This document shows, piece by piece, positions 52,266 to 60,681 of a stretch of 64,000 nt of DNA (position 1 is the stretch's first letter; each line of letters begins with the position of its first letter). Under the pieces are notes generated by a model. The model was not told the origin of the DNA and made no database searches. It saw nothing but the letters and a program-made list of their open reading frames with translations. Source of the DNA: an uncultured Barnesiella sp. (GTDB lineage Bacteria; Bacteroidota; Bacteroidia; Bacteroidales; Barnesiellaceae_A); assembly GCA_944321085.1 (NCBI GenBank), contig CALUJY010000001.1:28671-92670 (forward strand), read 5' to 3'. Position numbers and translations under genes: made by a program.

Positions 52266-54038
52266 TCAGAGAGCCGAGGTCGCTTCGAGCAGCCATTTGC
52301 ATTCGTCCGATGTAAGAGAACTTTTCAGTTTGTCATACACCAAGCGGTGATAATCGTTGAGCCAAGCTATCTCGTGCGGCAGTAAAATGGAGATGTCGAG
52401 GGCGCGTTTGTCGAACGGAAAGAGTGTGAGCGGTTCAAAACGGTAAAACTTGCCGAACTCCGTCTCTTTGTCTTCTACTGTCAATAGCAGGTTTTCGTGT
52501 CGGATGCCATATTCGCCCGTGCGGTACAGACCCGGTTCGCATGAGGTAATCATTCCCGGAGCCAATTCTACGGGGTTCTCTTGCAGCCTGATGCTTTGAG
52601 GCCCCTCGTGTACGTTCAGAAAATGGCCTACGCCGTGTCCGGTGCCGTGCAGGTAGGAAAGTCTCTCGCTCCACAGCGGTTCGCGGGCGATGGCATCGAG
52701 TTGGGCTCCGCGGGTTCCTTGCGGGAAGCGGCACATGGTGAGGGCGATATGCCCTTTCAGTACCAAAGTAAAATCGCGTTTCTGTTTGGGTGTGAGCGAT
52801 CCTACGACAAATGTGCGTGTAATGTCGGTTGTGCCATCGAGGTATTGAGCCCCCGAGTCGACCAGCAGAAAACCTTTGCGCGTTATTTTGGCGTCGCTTT
52901 CGGGTGTTGCCGTGTAGTGTACGATAGCGCCATGTTCGTTGAAACCTGCGATGGTGTCGAAACTTTCGTCGACGAACAGTTCCTGTTCGGCTCTGAATGC
53001 CCGTAATTGTTGCGCAGCACTCATCTCGGTGACGTTACCTGTATCGATATTGTTATCGAGCCAACGGAAGAAACGTATCAAGGCGACGCCGTCGCGTACC
53101 ATGGCATGGCGCACCCCTTTTATCTGTGTTTCGTTTTTTATCGCTTTCAAGGCGGCAACGGGCGAGGCGGCACGTATGACGCCCGTATTAAGTGCGCTGG
53201 CAAGAGCATAATTGGTCTTTGAGGGGTCAATCAGCACGTTCTTATGTATGTGTGCGGCAAAGTCGAAGACAGCGGAGTAGGGCATGTATTCGATACCCTC
53301 TTCGTGTAAATAAGCCTTTCCGGCAGCATCGACCTTGCGTTCGTCTATAAAGAGAATACGTCGTTCGGCGTCGATGTAGGCGTATGCTATTGCTACCGGG
53401 TTGCAGTGAACATCGCTGCCGCGTATGTTGAACAGCCATGCAATCTCATCGAGGGCTGCCAGCAACAGAGCCTCGGCTCCGGCGTTACGGGTCAGTTCGA
53501 GAGTGCGCGCTACTTTTGAGGCTGTCTCTTCGCCGCTATATTTCAATTCATGTACGAAAAACGGGTGTAGCGGTATCTCGGGACGTTGTGCCCATATACG
53601 GTCGAAGGGGGTAAAGTTGCAATCGAGTTGTAGCTCTTGGGCTGCAAAAGTTTTCTGCATGGCTTCTACGGTGGTTACAGGGAAAAGTGTACCGTCGATT
53701 GCCACGGTAGAGTGCGGAGGCAGGACTGTGGAGAGCCATTCGATGTATGAAGGAGTGTCGGGGAGACCCTCCTTAAAAAGTTTTATTCCTGAGCCGGCCA
53801 GTTGTTCTTCTGCTTGCAGAAAGTAGCGTGAGTCTGTCCATAACCCGGCATCTTGCATGGTGACGACGACCGTGCCGGCCGAGCCGTCAAAGCCGCTTAT
53901 CCATGTGCGGAAATCCCAGTGTGCTGCATAATATTCGCTTTGATGAGGGTCGGTGCCCGGAATGATATATGCGTCTATTTGGCGCGATGCCATTTCGGCA
54001 CGGAGTGCTGCAAGACGCGATAAAGTTTCTTTCTCCAT
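52266..54038 (-). CDS. aminopeptidase P family (M24B Xaa-Pro aminopeptidase)
   Basis: ~590 aa. Creatinase-like N-domains and an M24 pita-bread C-domain with LVDSGAQYLDGTTDITRT, HGTGHGVG and EPG.Y. Confidence 0.85.
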   Translation of the reverse strand: MEKETLSRLAALRAEMASRQIDAYIIPGTDPHQSEYYAAHWDFRTWISGFDGSAGTVVVTMQDAGLWTDSRYFLQAEEQLAGSGIKLFKEGLPDTPSYIEWLSTVLPPHSTVAIDGTLFPVTTVEAMQKTFAAQELQLDCNFTPFDRIWAQRPEIPLHPFFVHELKYSGEETASKVARTLELTRNAGAEALLLAALDEIAWLFNIRGSDVHCNPVAIAYAYIDAERRILFIDERKVDAAGKAYLHEEGIEYMPYSAVFDFAAHIHKNVLIDPSKTNYALASALNTGVIRAASPVAALKAIKNETQIKGVRHAMVRDGVALIRFFRWLDNNIDTGNVTEMSAAQQLRAFRAEQELFVDESFDTIAGFNEHGAIVHYTATPESDAKITRKGFLLVDSGAQYLDGTTDITRTFVVGSLTPKQKRDFTLVLKGHIALTMCRFPQGTRGAQLDAIAREPLWSERLSYLHGTGHGVGHFLNVHEGPQSIRLQENPVELAPGMITSCEPGLYRTGEYGIRHENLLLTVEDKETEFGKFYRFEPLTLFPFDKRALDISILLPHEIAWLNDYHRLVYDKLKSSLTSDECKWLLEATSAL

Positions 54039-54283
54039 AGAAGGTTATATATAAATGTACGCAAAGTTACGCTTTTTGCCCGATAAAGAAAATAACTTTG
54101 CCGATTCTGTAAGTCGTAATGCCGAAAAATAAGGTTAAAAAAGTTCTCTACAATAAGGTGGTGCGGCTTGTTTAGGCAAAATACACCCTTTGACAGGTAT
54201 GGTGTGTGGCCTTATAGGAAATATTTGTTGACGTCGCGATTTACCTCTGTGAGAAAAACTTTGCATTTTCTGCTTCGATATAT

Positions 54284-54314
54284 TTTGTTATTAGAGAAAC
54301 TATGCGTAATTTTG
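54284..54314 (+). promoter_or_regulatory. Bacteroidota-type promoter (-33 TTTG / -7 TAATTTTG) for rpsU
   Basis: TTTG (54284-54287) and TAATTTTG (54307-54314), 19 nt apart. Confidence 0.5.
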
Positions 54315-54362
54315 CCGCACTTTTCGTGGAGTGAAAGAATTAAAAATAATATATAAACAGCT

Positions 54363-54554
54363 ATGATTGTAGTACCTGTAAAAGAAGGCGAGAACATTGA
54401 GAAAGCCTTGAAAAAATTTAAAAGAAAATTTGAGAAAACCGGCGTAGTGAAAGAGTTGCGTAACCGTCAGGCTTTTGAAAAGCCCTCGGTGACAAATCGT
54501 AAGAAAATGATGCACGCTATTTACGTACAGCAATTGCGTCGTAACGAGGAGTAA
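54363..54554 (+). CDS. rpsU: 30S ribosomal protein S21
   Basis: MIVVPVKEGENIEKALKKFKRKFEKTGVVKELRNRQAFEKPS... Confidence 0.95.
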   Translation: MIVVPVKEGENIEKALKKFKRKFEKTGVVKELRNRQAFEKPSVTNRKKMMHAIYVQQLRRNEE

Positions 54555-54625
54555 AAAAGACTCGAAAAATTTGTTTTCTCCGAAACTTGTTCCTATATTC
54601 GTAGCGTCGGAAAGTTTATAAAGCT

Positions 54626-55537
54626 ATGAATTTAGGGCTGTTTCTTCAATATTTACGGTATGAGAAGAATTTTTCTTCTTATACCGTTTTGTGTTATAAA
54701 AACGACCTGACACAGTTTGATGACTTTCGTTGCCGCGAACGTAGCGATGCAGAAGAGATGCCCGTAGAGCCTGACGATATACGTAATTGGATAGTCTCTC
54801 TTAGCGAGAAAGGTCTTTCGGCACGGACAATAGGGCGTAAAATTTCAGCATTGCGCTCTTATTTTGAGTTCGCTCTCGTTCGGGGTCTCTCGGATACCAA
54901 CCCCGCTGCCGACATCCGTCTGCCCAAAGTGCGGAAAACACTCCCGTCGTTCGTGCGTCCCGAAGAGATGCAACGTTTGCTCGAAGATGGTTTCGACGAG
55001 ACGAAAAGCGATTTTATAGCATTGCGAGACCGTCTGATTGTAGAGATGCTCTACCAAACGGGAATACGTCGTGCTGAGTTGGTATCGCTTACCGATGCTG
55101 CGGTGGATAACCGGATTTGCGAAATAAAGGTGCGAGGGAAACGTGACAAAGAACGTATTGTGCCGTATGGTGCCATGTTGGGCGATATGATTGCTGCTTA
55201 TCGTCGTTTGCGTGATGGCGAGGTGGGTAAAACCGATGCTTTTTTTGTACGCGAGAACGGCGAGCCTCTCTATCCCGGCTTAGTCTATCGGGTAGTGAGG
55301 CGTGCTCTCGATGGAGAAGTGACCTTGCGCAAGCGTAGTCCGCATGTGTTGCGTCACAGTTTTGCCTCAGCGATGCTCAATAATGGCGCGGGGATTAATA
55401 GTGTCAAGGAGCTTTTAGGGCACAGTTCGCTGGCATCGACCGAAGTATATACGCATATTACATTTGCAGAACTCAAACAATATTACAAACAAGCCCATCC
55501 CCGGGCGTTAAAAAAAGGAGGACATTATGGAAGTTAG
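54626..55537 (+). CDS. xerC: tyrosine recombinase, XerC/XerD family
   Basis: SAM-like N-domain (FLQYLRYEKNFSSYTV) and catalytic C-domain ...HVLRHSFASAML...LLGHSSLASTEVYTH. Confidence 0.85.
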   Translation: MNLGLFLQYLRYEKNFSSYTVLCYKNDLTQFDDFRCRERSDAEEMPVEPDDIRNWIVSLSEKGLSARTIGRKISALRSYFEFALVRGLSDTNPAADIRLPKVRKTLPSFVRPEEMQRLLEDGFDETKSDFIALRDRLIVEMLYQTGIRRAELVSLTDAAVDNRICEIKVRGKRDKERIVPYGAMLGDMIAAYRRLRDGEVGKTDAFFVRENGEPLYPGLVYRVVRRALDGEVTLRKRSPHVLRHSFASAMLNNGAGINSVKELLGHSSLASTEVYTHITFAELKQYYKQAHPRALKKGGHYGS

Positions 55538-55829
55538 AATTCAGGCGATACATTTTGACGCCACTGCACAGCTAGAATCTTTTATCCAGAAAAAAGTGAC
55601 AAAACTCAATCGTTTTCATGACGGCATTATGGGCGCTGAGGTGACACTTAAAGTTGTCAAGCCCGAAACATCGATGAACAAAGAGGCCGGTGTGAAGCTC
55701 TCTGTGGCAGGTAGCGAATCGATGTTCTCGTGTAAAACAGCCGATACTTTCGAAGAGGCGGTTGACTTAGCCCTCGAAGCCTTAGAGCGTCAGCTTGAGA
55801 AAAACAAGAAAAAAGTAGCGGGGAAATAA
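55527..55829 (+). CDS. hpf: ribosome hibernation promoting factor (HPF/RaiA family, short form)
   Basis: ~100 aa. MEVRIQAIHFDATAQLESFIQKKVTKL... matches the sigma-54 modulation/S30EA fold pattern. Overlaps the xerC end by 11 nt. Confidence 0.8.
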   Translation: MEVRIQAIHFDATAQLESFIQKKVTKLNRFHDGIMGAEVTLKVVKPETSMNKEAGVKLSVAGSESMFSCKTADTFEEAVDLALEALERQLEKNKKKVAGK

Positions 55830-55847
55830 AAAAATAACCCAAATATT

Positions 55848-55877
55848 TTTGTGGATAAAAAATAATATCTAACTTTG
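55848..55877 (+). promoter_or_regulatory. Bacteroidota-type promoter (-33 TTTG / -7 TAACTTTG) for the tRNA-tuf cluster
   Basis: TTTG (55848-55851) and TAACTTTG (55870-55877), 18 nt apart, ~40 nt upstream of the first tRNA. Confidence 0.55.
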
Positions 55878-55917
55878 CACCCGCTTGACAGCCAAAATGT
55901 CGGGCGAGTGCATTTCT

Positions 55918-55991
55918 GCCGATATAGCTCAGTTGGCCAGAGCACGTGATTTGTAATCTCGGGGTCGTGGGTTCGAATCCCTCTATCGGCT
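55918..55991 (+). tRNA. tRNA-Thr (anticodon TGT)
   Basis: Hand-folded cloverleaf. Acceptor GCCGATA/TATCGGC, D-arm GCTC..GAGC, anticodon loop TTTGTAA, T-loop TTCGAAT. One U-U mismatch each in the anticodon stem and the T stem. Confidence 0.8.
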
Positions 55992-56030
55992 CCCCCAAAA
56001 GACGAGAAAGCGGAAGTGCAATCAAGCATC

Positions 56031-56113
56031 GGGCGAATACCAGAGTGGCCAAATGGGGCAGACTGTAAATCTGCTGGTTTATACCTTCGGTGGTTCGAAT
56101 CCATCTTCGCCCA
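56031..56113 (+). tRNA. tRNA-Tyr (anticodon GTA), long variable arm
   Basis: Acceptor GGGCGAA/TTCGCCC, anticodon stem-loop GCAGA-CTGTAAA-TCTGC, long variable arm, T-loop TTCGAAT. Confidence 0.85.
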
Positions 56114-56117
56114 CGAT

Positions 56118-56190
56118 GCGGAAGTAGCTCAGTCGATAGAGCATCAGCCTTCCAAGCTGAGGGTCGCGGGTTTGAGCCCCGTCTTCCGCT
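56118..56190 (+). tRNA. tRNA-Gly (anticodon TCC)
   Basis: Acceptor GCGGAAG/CTTCCGC, anticodon stem-loop TCAGC-CTTCCAA-GCTGA, T-arm GCGGG-TTTGAGC-CCCGT. Confidence 0.85.
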
Positions 56191-56209
56191 CAAAAAAACA
56201 AGAAATAAT

Positions 56210-56281
<72 letters not shown>

Positions 56282-56317
56282 CTAAGAAGTACAACATTTA
56301 TTTTAAAGAATTAGACT

Positions 56318-57502
56318 ATGGCAAAAGAAACATTCCAACGGACCAAACCGCATGTTAACATCGGTACCATTGGTCACGTAGACCACGGTAAAACAACGTT
56401 GACCGCTGCTATCACCAGCGTTCTCGCATCCAAAGGTCTTTCTGAGGTGAAGTCGTTCGACCAAATCGATAACGCTCCCGAAGAGAAAGAAAGAGGTATT
56501 ACTATAAATACTGCACACGTTGAGTACGAAACAGAAAACCGTCACTATGCTCACGTAGACTGCCCGGGACACGCCGACTACGTTAAGAACATGGTTACCG
56601 GTGCTGCTCAAATGGACGGCGCTATCATCGTAGTTGCTGCTACTGATGGTCCTATGCCCCAAACTCGTGAGCACATCCTCTTGGCTCGTCAGGTGAATGT
56701 TCCTCGTTTGGTTGTTTTCTTGAACAAATGCGACCAAGTAGACGACGAGGAGATGCTCGAGCTCGTAGAAATGGAAATGCGCGAACTTCTCGACAAATAT
56801 GACTATGATGGTGATAACACACCTATCATCCGCGGTTCTGCTCTCGGTGCATTGAATGGCGAACCCCAATGGGTTGAGAAAGTGATGGAGCTTATGAATG
56901 CTGTTGATACATGGATTCCTCTGCCTCCTCGCGATGTTGATAAACCTTTCTTGATGCCTGTTGAGGACGTGTTCTCGATTACGGGTCGTGGTACTGTTGC
57001 TACCGGTCGTATCGAAACAGGTGTTGTAAAAGTAGGTGATGAGGTACAAATCACAGGCTTGGGAGCTGACAAGAAATCGGTTGTTACCGGTGTCGAGATG
57101 TTCCGTAAGATTCTTGACCAAGGTCAAGCTGGTGATAATGTAGGTCTCTTGCTCCGCGGTATCGATAAGAACGAAGTAAAACGCGGTATGGTTATCTGCC
57201 ACCCGGGGCAAGTTCATCCTCACTCGGAGTTCAAGGCTTCTGTATATATCTTGAAGAAAGAAGAGGGTGGCCGTCACACTCCGTTCCACAACCACTATCG
57301 TCCCCAATTCTACATCCGTACGCTCGACGTTACCGGCGAAATTACTTTGCCTGAGGGTGTAGAGATGGTAATGCCCGGCGATAACGTAGAGATTACCGTG
57401 AAACTTATAAATCCGGTAGCTTGCGATAAGGGTCTTCGCTTCGCTATCCGCGAGGGCGGTCGTACGGTAGGTTCGGGTCAAATCACCGACATTCTCGACT
57501 AA
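56318..57502 (+). CDS. tuf: translation elongation factor Tu
   Basis: [33 protein letters not shown]..., DCPGHADY and NKCD motifs, 394 aa. Confidence 0.98.
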   Translation: MAKETFQRTKPHVNIGTIGHVDHGKTTLTAAITSVLASKGLSEVKSFDQIDNAPEEKERGITINTAHVEYETENRHYAHVDCPGHADYVKNMVTGAAQMDGAIIVVAATDGPMPQTREHILLARQVNVPRLVVFLNKCDQVDDEEMLELVEMEMRELLDKYDYDGDNTPIIRGSALGALNGEPQWVEKVMELMNAVDTWIPLPPRDVDKPFLMPVEDVFSITGRGTVATGRIETGVVKVGDEVQITGLGADKKSVVTGVEMFRKILDQGQAGDNVGLLLRGIDKNEVKRGMVICHPGQVHPHSEFKASVYILKKEEGGRHTPFHNHYRPQFYIRTLDVTGEITLPEGVEMVMPGDNVEITVKLINPVACDKGLRFAIREGGRTVGSGQITDILD

Positions 57503-57530
57503 TTGTAAGAATAACATTTATTCATAAAGA

Positions 57531-57561
57531 ATCGCTCTTCCCTTATCGGGAGAGCGATTTT
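57531..57561 (+). terminator. intrinsic terminator/attenuator after tuf
   Basis: ATCGCTCTTCCC / GGGAGAGCGAT stem (one bulge), then TTTT, just before tRNA-Trp. Confidence 0.55.
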
Positions 57562-57563
57562 AT

Positions 57564-57636
57564 ACGGGTTTAGCTCAGTTGGTAGAGCATTGGTCTCCAA
57601 AACCAAGTGTCGGGAGTTCGAGTCTCTCAACCCGTG
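57564..57636 (+). tRNA. tRNA-Trp (anticodon CCA)
   Basis: Acceptor ACGGGTT/AACCCGT, anticodon stem-loop TTGGT-CTCCAAA-ACCAA, T-arm GGGAG-TTCGAGT-CTCTC. Confidence 0.85.
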
Positions 57637-57653
57637 CTGATAAAATATATAAT

Positions 57654-57851
57654 ATGAAGAAATTGAAAATACTTGCTGATATACAAGATTCTTATAATGA
57701 ACTTGTTCATAAAGTATCTTGGCCTACAAGCAAAGAGCTCGCAAATAGCGCAGTGGTGGTAATGTTTGCTTCCCTTGTCATCGCCCTCGTTATATTTGTG
57801 ATGGATCAATGCATCGACACAATCATGCACTTTATTTACGGCTTAATTTAA
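57654..57851 (+). CDS. secE: preprotein translocase subunit SecE
   Basis: 65 aa. ...VSWPTSKELANSAVVVMFASLVIALVIFVMD with a single TM. Position between tRNA-Trp and nusG. The track ORF start (57579) overlaps the tRNA, so the internal ATG at 57654 is used. Confidence 0.85.
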   Translation: MKKLKILADIQDSYNELVHKVSWPTSKELANSAVVVMFASLVIALVIFVMDQCIDTIMHFIYGLI

Positions 57852-57869
57852 TTTCCGGGAGGTCAATCA

Positions 57870-58412
57870 ATGTCTGAAGAGAAAAAAGGATGGTACGTAT
57901 TGCGTGCCATTAGCGGAAAAGAGGCCAAGGTCAAAGAGATTCTCGATGCCGAAATCAAGAATACCGATTTGGGCCAATACGTGTTTCAGGTCTTGATTCC
58001 TACTGAAAAAATTTATGTCGTTCGTAACGGAAAGAGAATCGCCAAAGAGCGCAATCTCTATTCCGGCTATGTTTTTGTCGAGGCCATACTGACGGGTGAA
58101 GTTATTCACATTCTGCGAAACACTACGAATGTCATCGATTTCTTGGGAGGTAAGTCCAACAAGCCCGAGCCTCTGCGTCAAAGCGAGGTGAACAAAATGT
58201 TGGGAGCTGCCGACGAAATGCAGGAAAGCGATGAGAATTTTATCGACTACAATGTGGGCGAAGTGGTAAAAGTTTGCTACGGGCCTTTTAGCGGTTTTAC
58301 GGGTGTAATCGAAGAGGTGAACAACGAAAAGAAGAAACTCAAAGTAATGGTCAAAATCTTTGGTCGTAAGACGCCTTTGGAGTTGGAAAATTCGCAAGTA
58401 GAGAGAGAATAG
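57870..58412 (+). CDS. nusG: transcription termination/antitermination factor NusG
   Basis: WYVLRAISGKEAKVKE (NGN domain) and C-terminal KOW VGEVVKVCYGPFSGFTGVIEEV. Confidence 0.95.
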   Translation: MSEEKKGWYVLRAISGKEAKVKEILDAEIKNTDLGQYVFQVLIPTEKIYVVRNGKRIAKERNLYSGYVFVEAILTGEVIHILRNTTNVIDFLGGKSNKPEPLRQSEVNKMLGAADEMQESDENFIDYNVGEVVKVCYGPFSGFTGVIEEVNNEKKKLKVMVKIFGRKTPLELENSQVERE

Positions 58413-58466
58413 GTGATGTTACGCATCGAAGCTCTCTGATTTTTAACAAATCAAAAAATAAAAGAA

Positions 58467-58907
58467 ATGGCTAAAGAAATTGCTGGACAGATCAAATTGC
58501 AGATCAAGGGTGGCGCAGCCAATCCCTCTCCCCCTGTAGGGCCCGCACTCGGTTCTAAGGGTATCAACATCATGGAGTTTTGCAAGCAATTCAATGCCCG
58601 TACCCAAGACAAGGCAGGTAAGGTATTGCCTGTTATCATTACTTACTATTCTGATAAATCTTTCGATTTCGTTGTTAAGACCCCGCCCGTAGCTATCCAA
58701 CTCTTGGAAGCTACTAAGGTTAAGAAAGGCTCGTCTGAACCCAACCGTAAGAAAGTAAGCGAGATTACTTGGGAGCAGGTAAAAGCAATTGCTGCCGATA
58801 AAATGGTAGATTTGAACTGTTTTACTTTAGACTCTGCCATGCGTATGGTTGCCGGTACTGCAAGAAGTATGGGTATAACCGTCAAAGGGGAATTCCCGGT
58901 AGAATAA
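58467..58907 (+). CDS. rplK: 50S ribosomal protein L11
   Basis: [36 protein letters not shown]. Confidence 0.97.
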   Translation: MAKEIAGQIKLQIKGGAANPSPPVGPALGSKGINIMEFCKQFNARTQDKAGKVLPVIITYYSDKSFDFVVKTPPVAIQLLEATKVKKGSSEPNRKKVSEITWEQVKAIAADKMVDLNCFTLDSAMRMVAGTARSMGITVKGEFPVE

Positions 58908-58926
58908 TTTTTAAACTTCAATTGAA

Positions 58927-59625
58927 ATGGGAAAACTGACAAAAAATCAAAAGTTGGCTTTAGAAAAGATTGAAGCAGGGAAGGCCTATTCGCTCAAAGA
59001 AGCAGCTTCTTTGGTTAAGGAAATTACTTATACCAAATTCGATGCTTCGCTCGATATCGATGTTCGTCTGGGTGTTGACCCCCGTAAGGCCAATCAAATG
59101 GTACGCGGTGTTGTTTCGCTCCCTCATGGTACAGGTAAGCAAGTGCGCGTGCTTGTGCTTTGTACTTCCGATCAGGCCGAGGCTGCTACGGCTGCCGGTG
59201 CCGACTACGTAGGTTTGGACGATTATATCGAGAAAATCAAAGGCGGTTGGACGGATGTTGATGTAATCATCACCATGCCTGCTGTCATGGGTAAAATCGG
59301 TGCTCTCGGTCGTATATTAGGTCCCCGTGGCTTGATGCCGAACCCCAAGAGCGGCACTGTTACTCCTGATGTTGCCAAAGCTGTAAAAGAAGTAAAACAA
59401 GGAAAAATCGACTTTAAGGTTGATAAAAACGGTATAGTACACGCCTCTATAGGTAAGGTTTCTTTCAATCCTGACCAAATCCGCGAGAATGCACGTGAGT
59501 TTGTCGCTACATTGGTTAAGTTGAAGCCTGCAACGGCAAAGGGTACTTATCTTAAGAGTATTTATCTTTCGAGTACCATGAGTCCGGGTATCAAAGTTGA
59601 CCCGAAAACGGTAGATGAAAATTAA
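58927..59625 (+). CDS. rplA: 50S ribosomal protein L1
   Basis: ...[24 protein letters not shown]...[15 protein letters not shown]. Confidence 0.97.
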   Translation: MGKLTKNQKLALEKIEAGKAYSLKEAASLVKEITYTKFDASLDIDVRLGVDPRKANQMVRGVVSLPHGTGKQVRVLVLCTSDQAEAATAAGADYVGLDDYIEKIKGGWTDVDVIITMPAVMGKIGALGRILGPRGLMPNPKSGTVTPDVAKAVKEVKQGKIDFKVDKNGIVHASIGKVSFNPDQIRENAREFVATLVKLKPATAKGTYLKSIYLSSTMSPGIKVDPKTVDEN

Positions 59626-59642
59626 TAAAAAAGCTACGTATT

Positions 59643-60155
59643 ATGAGAAAGGAAGATAAAAAGACTATCATAGACCAAATAGCAGCTACTGTAAACGAGT
59701 ATTCTTGTTTCTATCTGGCCGAGACAGCATCGCTCAACGCTGAGCTTACAAGCAGCTTGCGTCGCGCCTGCTTCAAGGAAGGAATCAAGATGATGGTAGT
59801 GAAGAATTCTCTTTTGCGCGAAGCTCTTCGTCAATGCGGCGATTTTTCGCAGCTCGAAGGAAGCATGAAAGGTTCTACTACCGTATTGTTCTCTAACGTA
59901 GGCAATGCTCCTGCCAAACTCATCAAAGAGTTTACCAAGAAAGCTCCCCTGCCTGCACTCAAAGCTGCATATGTTGAAGAGAGCTTCTATATCGGAGCTG
60001 ACCAACTCGATGCCCTCGTAGCCATCAAGAGCAAGAACGAACTTATTGCCGATGTTATTGCTTTGCTGCAATCGCCCGCCAAGAACGTCGTTTCTGCTTT
60101 GCAATCGGCAGGTGGTACTATCCATGGTGTTTTGCAAACACTTGCAGAACGTTAA
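59643..60155 (+). CDS. rplJ: 50S ribosomal protein L10
   Basis: ~170 aa, position between rplA and rplL, ...LRRACFKEGIKMMVVKNSLL. Confidence 0.93.
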   Translation: MRKEDKKTIIDQIAATVNEYSCFYLAETASLNAELTSSLRRACFKEGIKMMVVKNSLLREALRQCGDFSQLEGSMKGSTTVLFSNVGNAPAKLIKEFTKKAPLPALKAAYVEESFYIGADQLDALVAIKSKNELIADVIALLQSPAKNVVSALQSAGGTIHGVLQTLAER

Positions 60156-60204
60156 GTTTATACTAAAATCAAGATTAATAAACCATTAAAATCATAAAAA
60201 GAAA

Positions 60205-60579
60205 ATGGCAGATTTGAAAGCTTTTGCTGAACAATTAGTAAATTTGACCGTTAAAGAAGTTAACGAACTCGCTCAAATTTTGAAAGACGAGTATGGTATT
60301 GAACCCGCCGCTGCTGCCGTAGCTGTTGCTGCTCCCGCTGCTGCCGGTGCTGCTCCCGCCGAAGAGAAGACAGAGTTTGACGTTGTTCTCAAGGCTGCTG
60401 GTTCAAACAAACTCAATGTAGTAAAGAAAGTTAAAGAATTGACCGGTCTCGGTTTGAAAGAGGCTAAAGACCTCGTTGACGGAGCTCCCAGTGTAATCAA
60501 AGAAGCTCTTCCCAAAGCTGAGGCTGAGAACCTCAAGAAAGAACTTGAGGAGGCTGGTGCTGAAGTTGAACTTAAATAA
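60205..60579 (+). CDS. rplL: 50S ribosomal protein L7/L12
   Basis: Ala-rich hinge [20 protein letters not shown] and C-domain [27 protein letters not shown]. Confidence 0.97.
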   Translation: MADLKAFAEQLVNLTVKEVNELAQILKDEYGIEPAAAAVAVAAPAAAGAAPAEEKTEFDVVLKAAGSNKLNVVKKVKELTGLGLKEAKDLVDGAPSVIKEALPKAEAENLKKELEEAGAEVELK

Positions 60580-60600
60580 TAGCCTGCCTGTCAGGTATTA

Positions 60601-60638
60601 GGTTAAGAATCATCCCGAAGGTGATTCTTAACCTTTTT
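60601..60638 (+). terminator. strong hairpin plus T-run between rplL and rpoB (attenuator)
   Basis: GGTTAAGAATCA / TGATTCTTAACC 12-bp perfect stem followed by TTTTT. An rplL-rpoB attenuator is known in other bacteria. Confidence 0.7.
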
Positions 60639-60681
60639 GTGTATATATTTTCAATTAAGTTCACCTAATTATTCTTTTTTA

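Noticed and set aside
51602-52315. 237-aa + ORF and other ORFs overlapping the gamma-carbonic-anhydrase gene.
   Set aside because: The minus-strand product has textbook hexapeptide repeats. The + ORF has no recognisable features and runs through the bidirectional terminator region.
54093-54100. Extra TAACTTTG -7-like box ~270 nt upstream of rpsU, hinting at a small RNA in the 324-bp spacer.
   Set aside because: The nearest TTTG is only 14 nt upstream, which is the wrong spacing for a -33 element. No terminator-like hairpin follows, and the small ORFs here (54168..54356 etc.) look spurious.
54626-55537. The tyrosine recombinase as a marker of an integrated mobile element next to the tRNA genes.
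   Set aside because: There are no flanking direct repeats, no cargo or excisionase genes, and the tRNA genes are intact. The gene overlaps hpf and is surrounded by core translation genes.
56303-57517. 404-aa ORF covering essentially the whole antisense strand of tuf. Similar long antisense or out-of-frame ORFs lie opposite bamA (26192..27406), pflB (49446..50582), the beta-barrel gene (2427..3680), rpoB (61294..62142, 62161..63078), the helicase and many others.
   Set aside because: They mirror strongly recognisable genes on the other strand and have low-complexity, Val/Arg/Gly-rich or otherwise non-protein-like composition. They have no independent promoter, signal or family motif. They are typical shadow ORFs of codon-biased genes.
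57579-57653. Longer secE ORF starting at 57579.
   Set aside because: It would be translated through the tRNA-Trp gene (57564-57636). The internal ATG at 57654 gives a canonical ~65-aa SecE.
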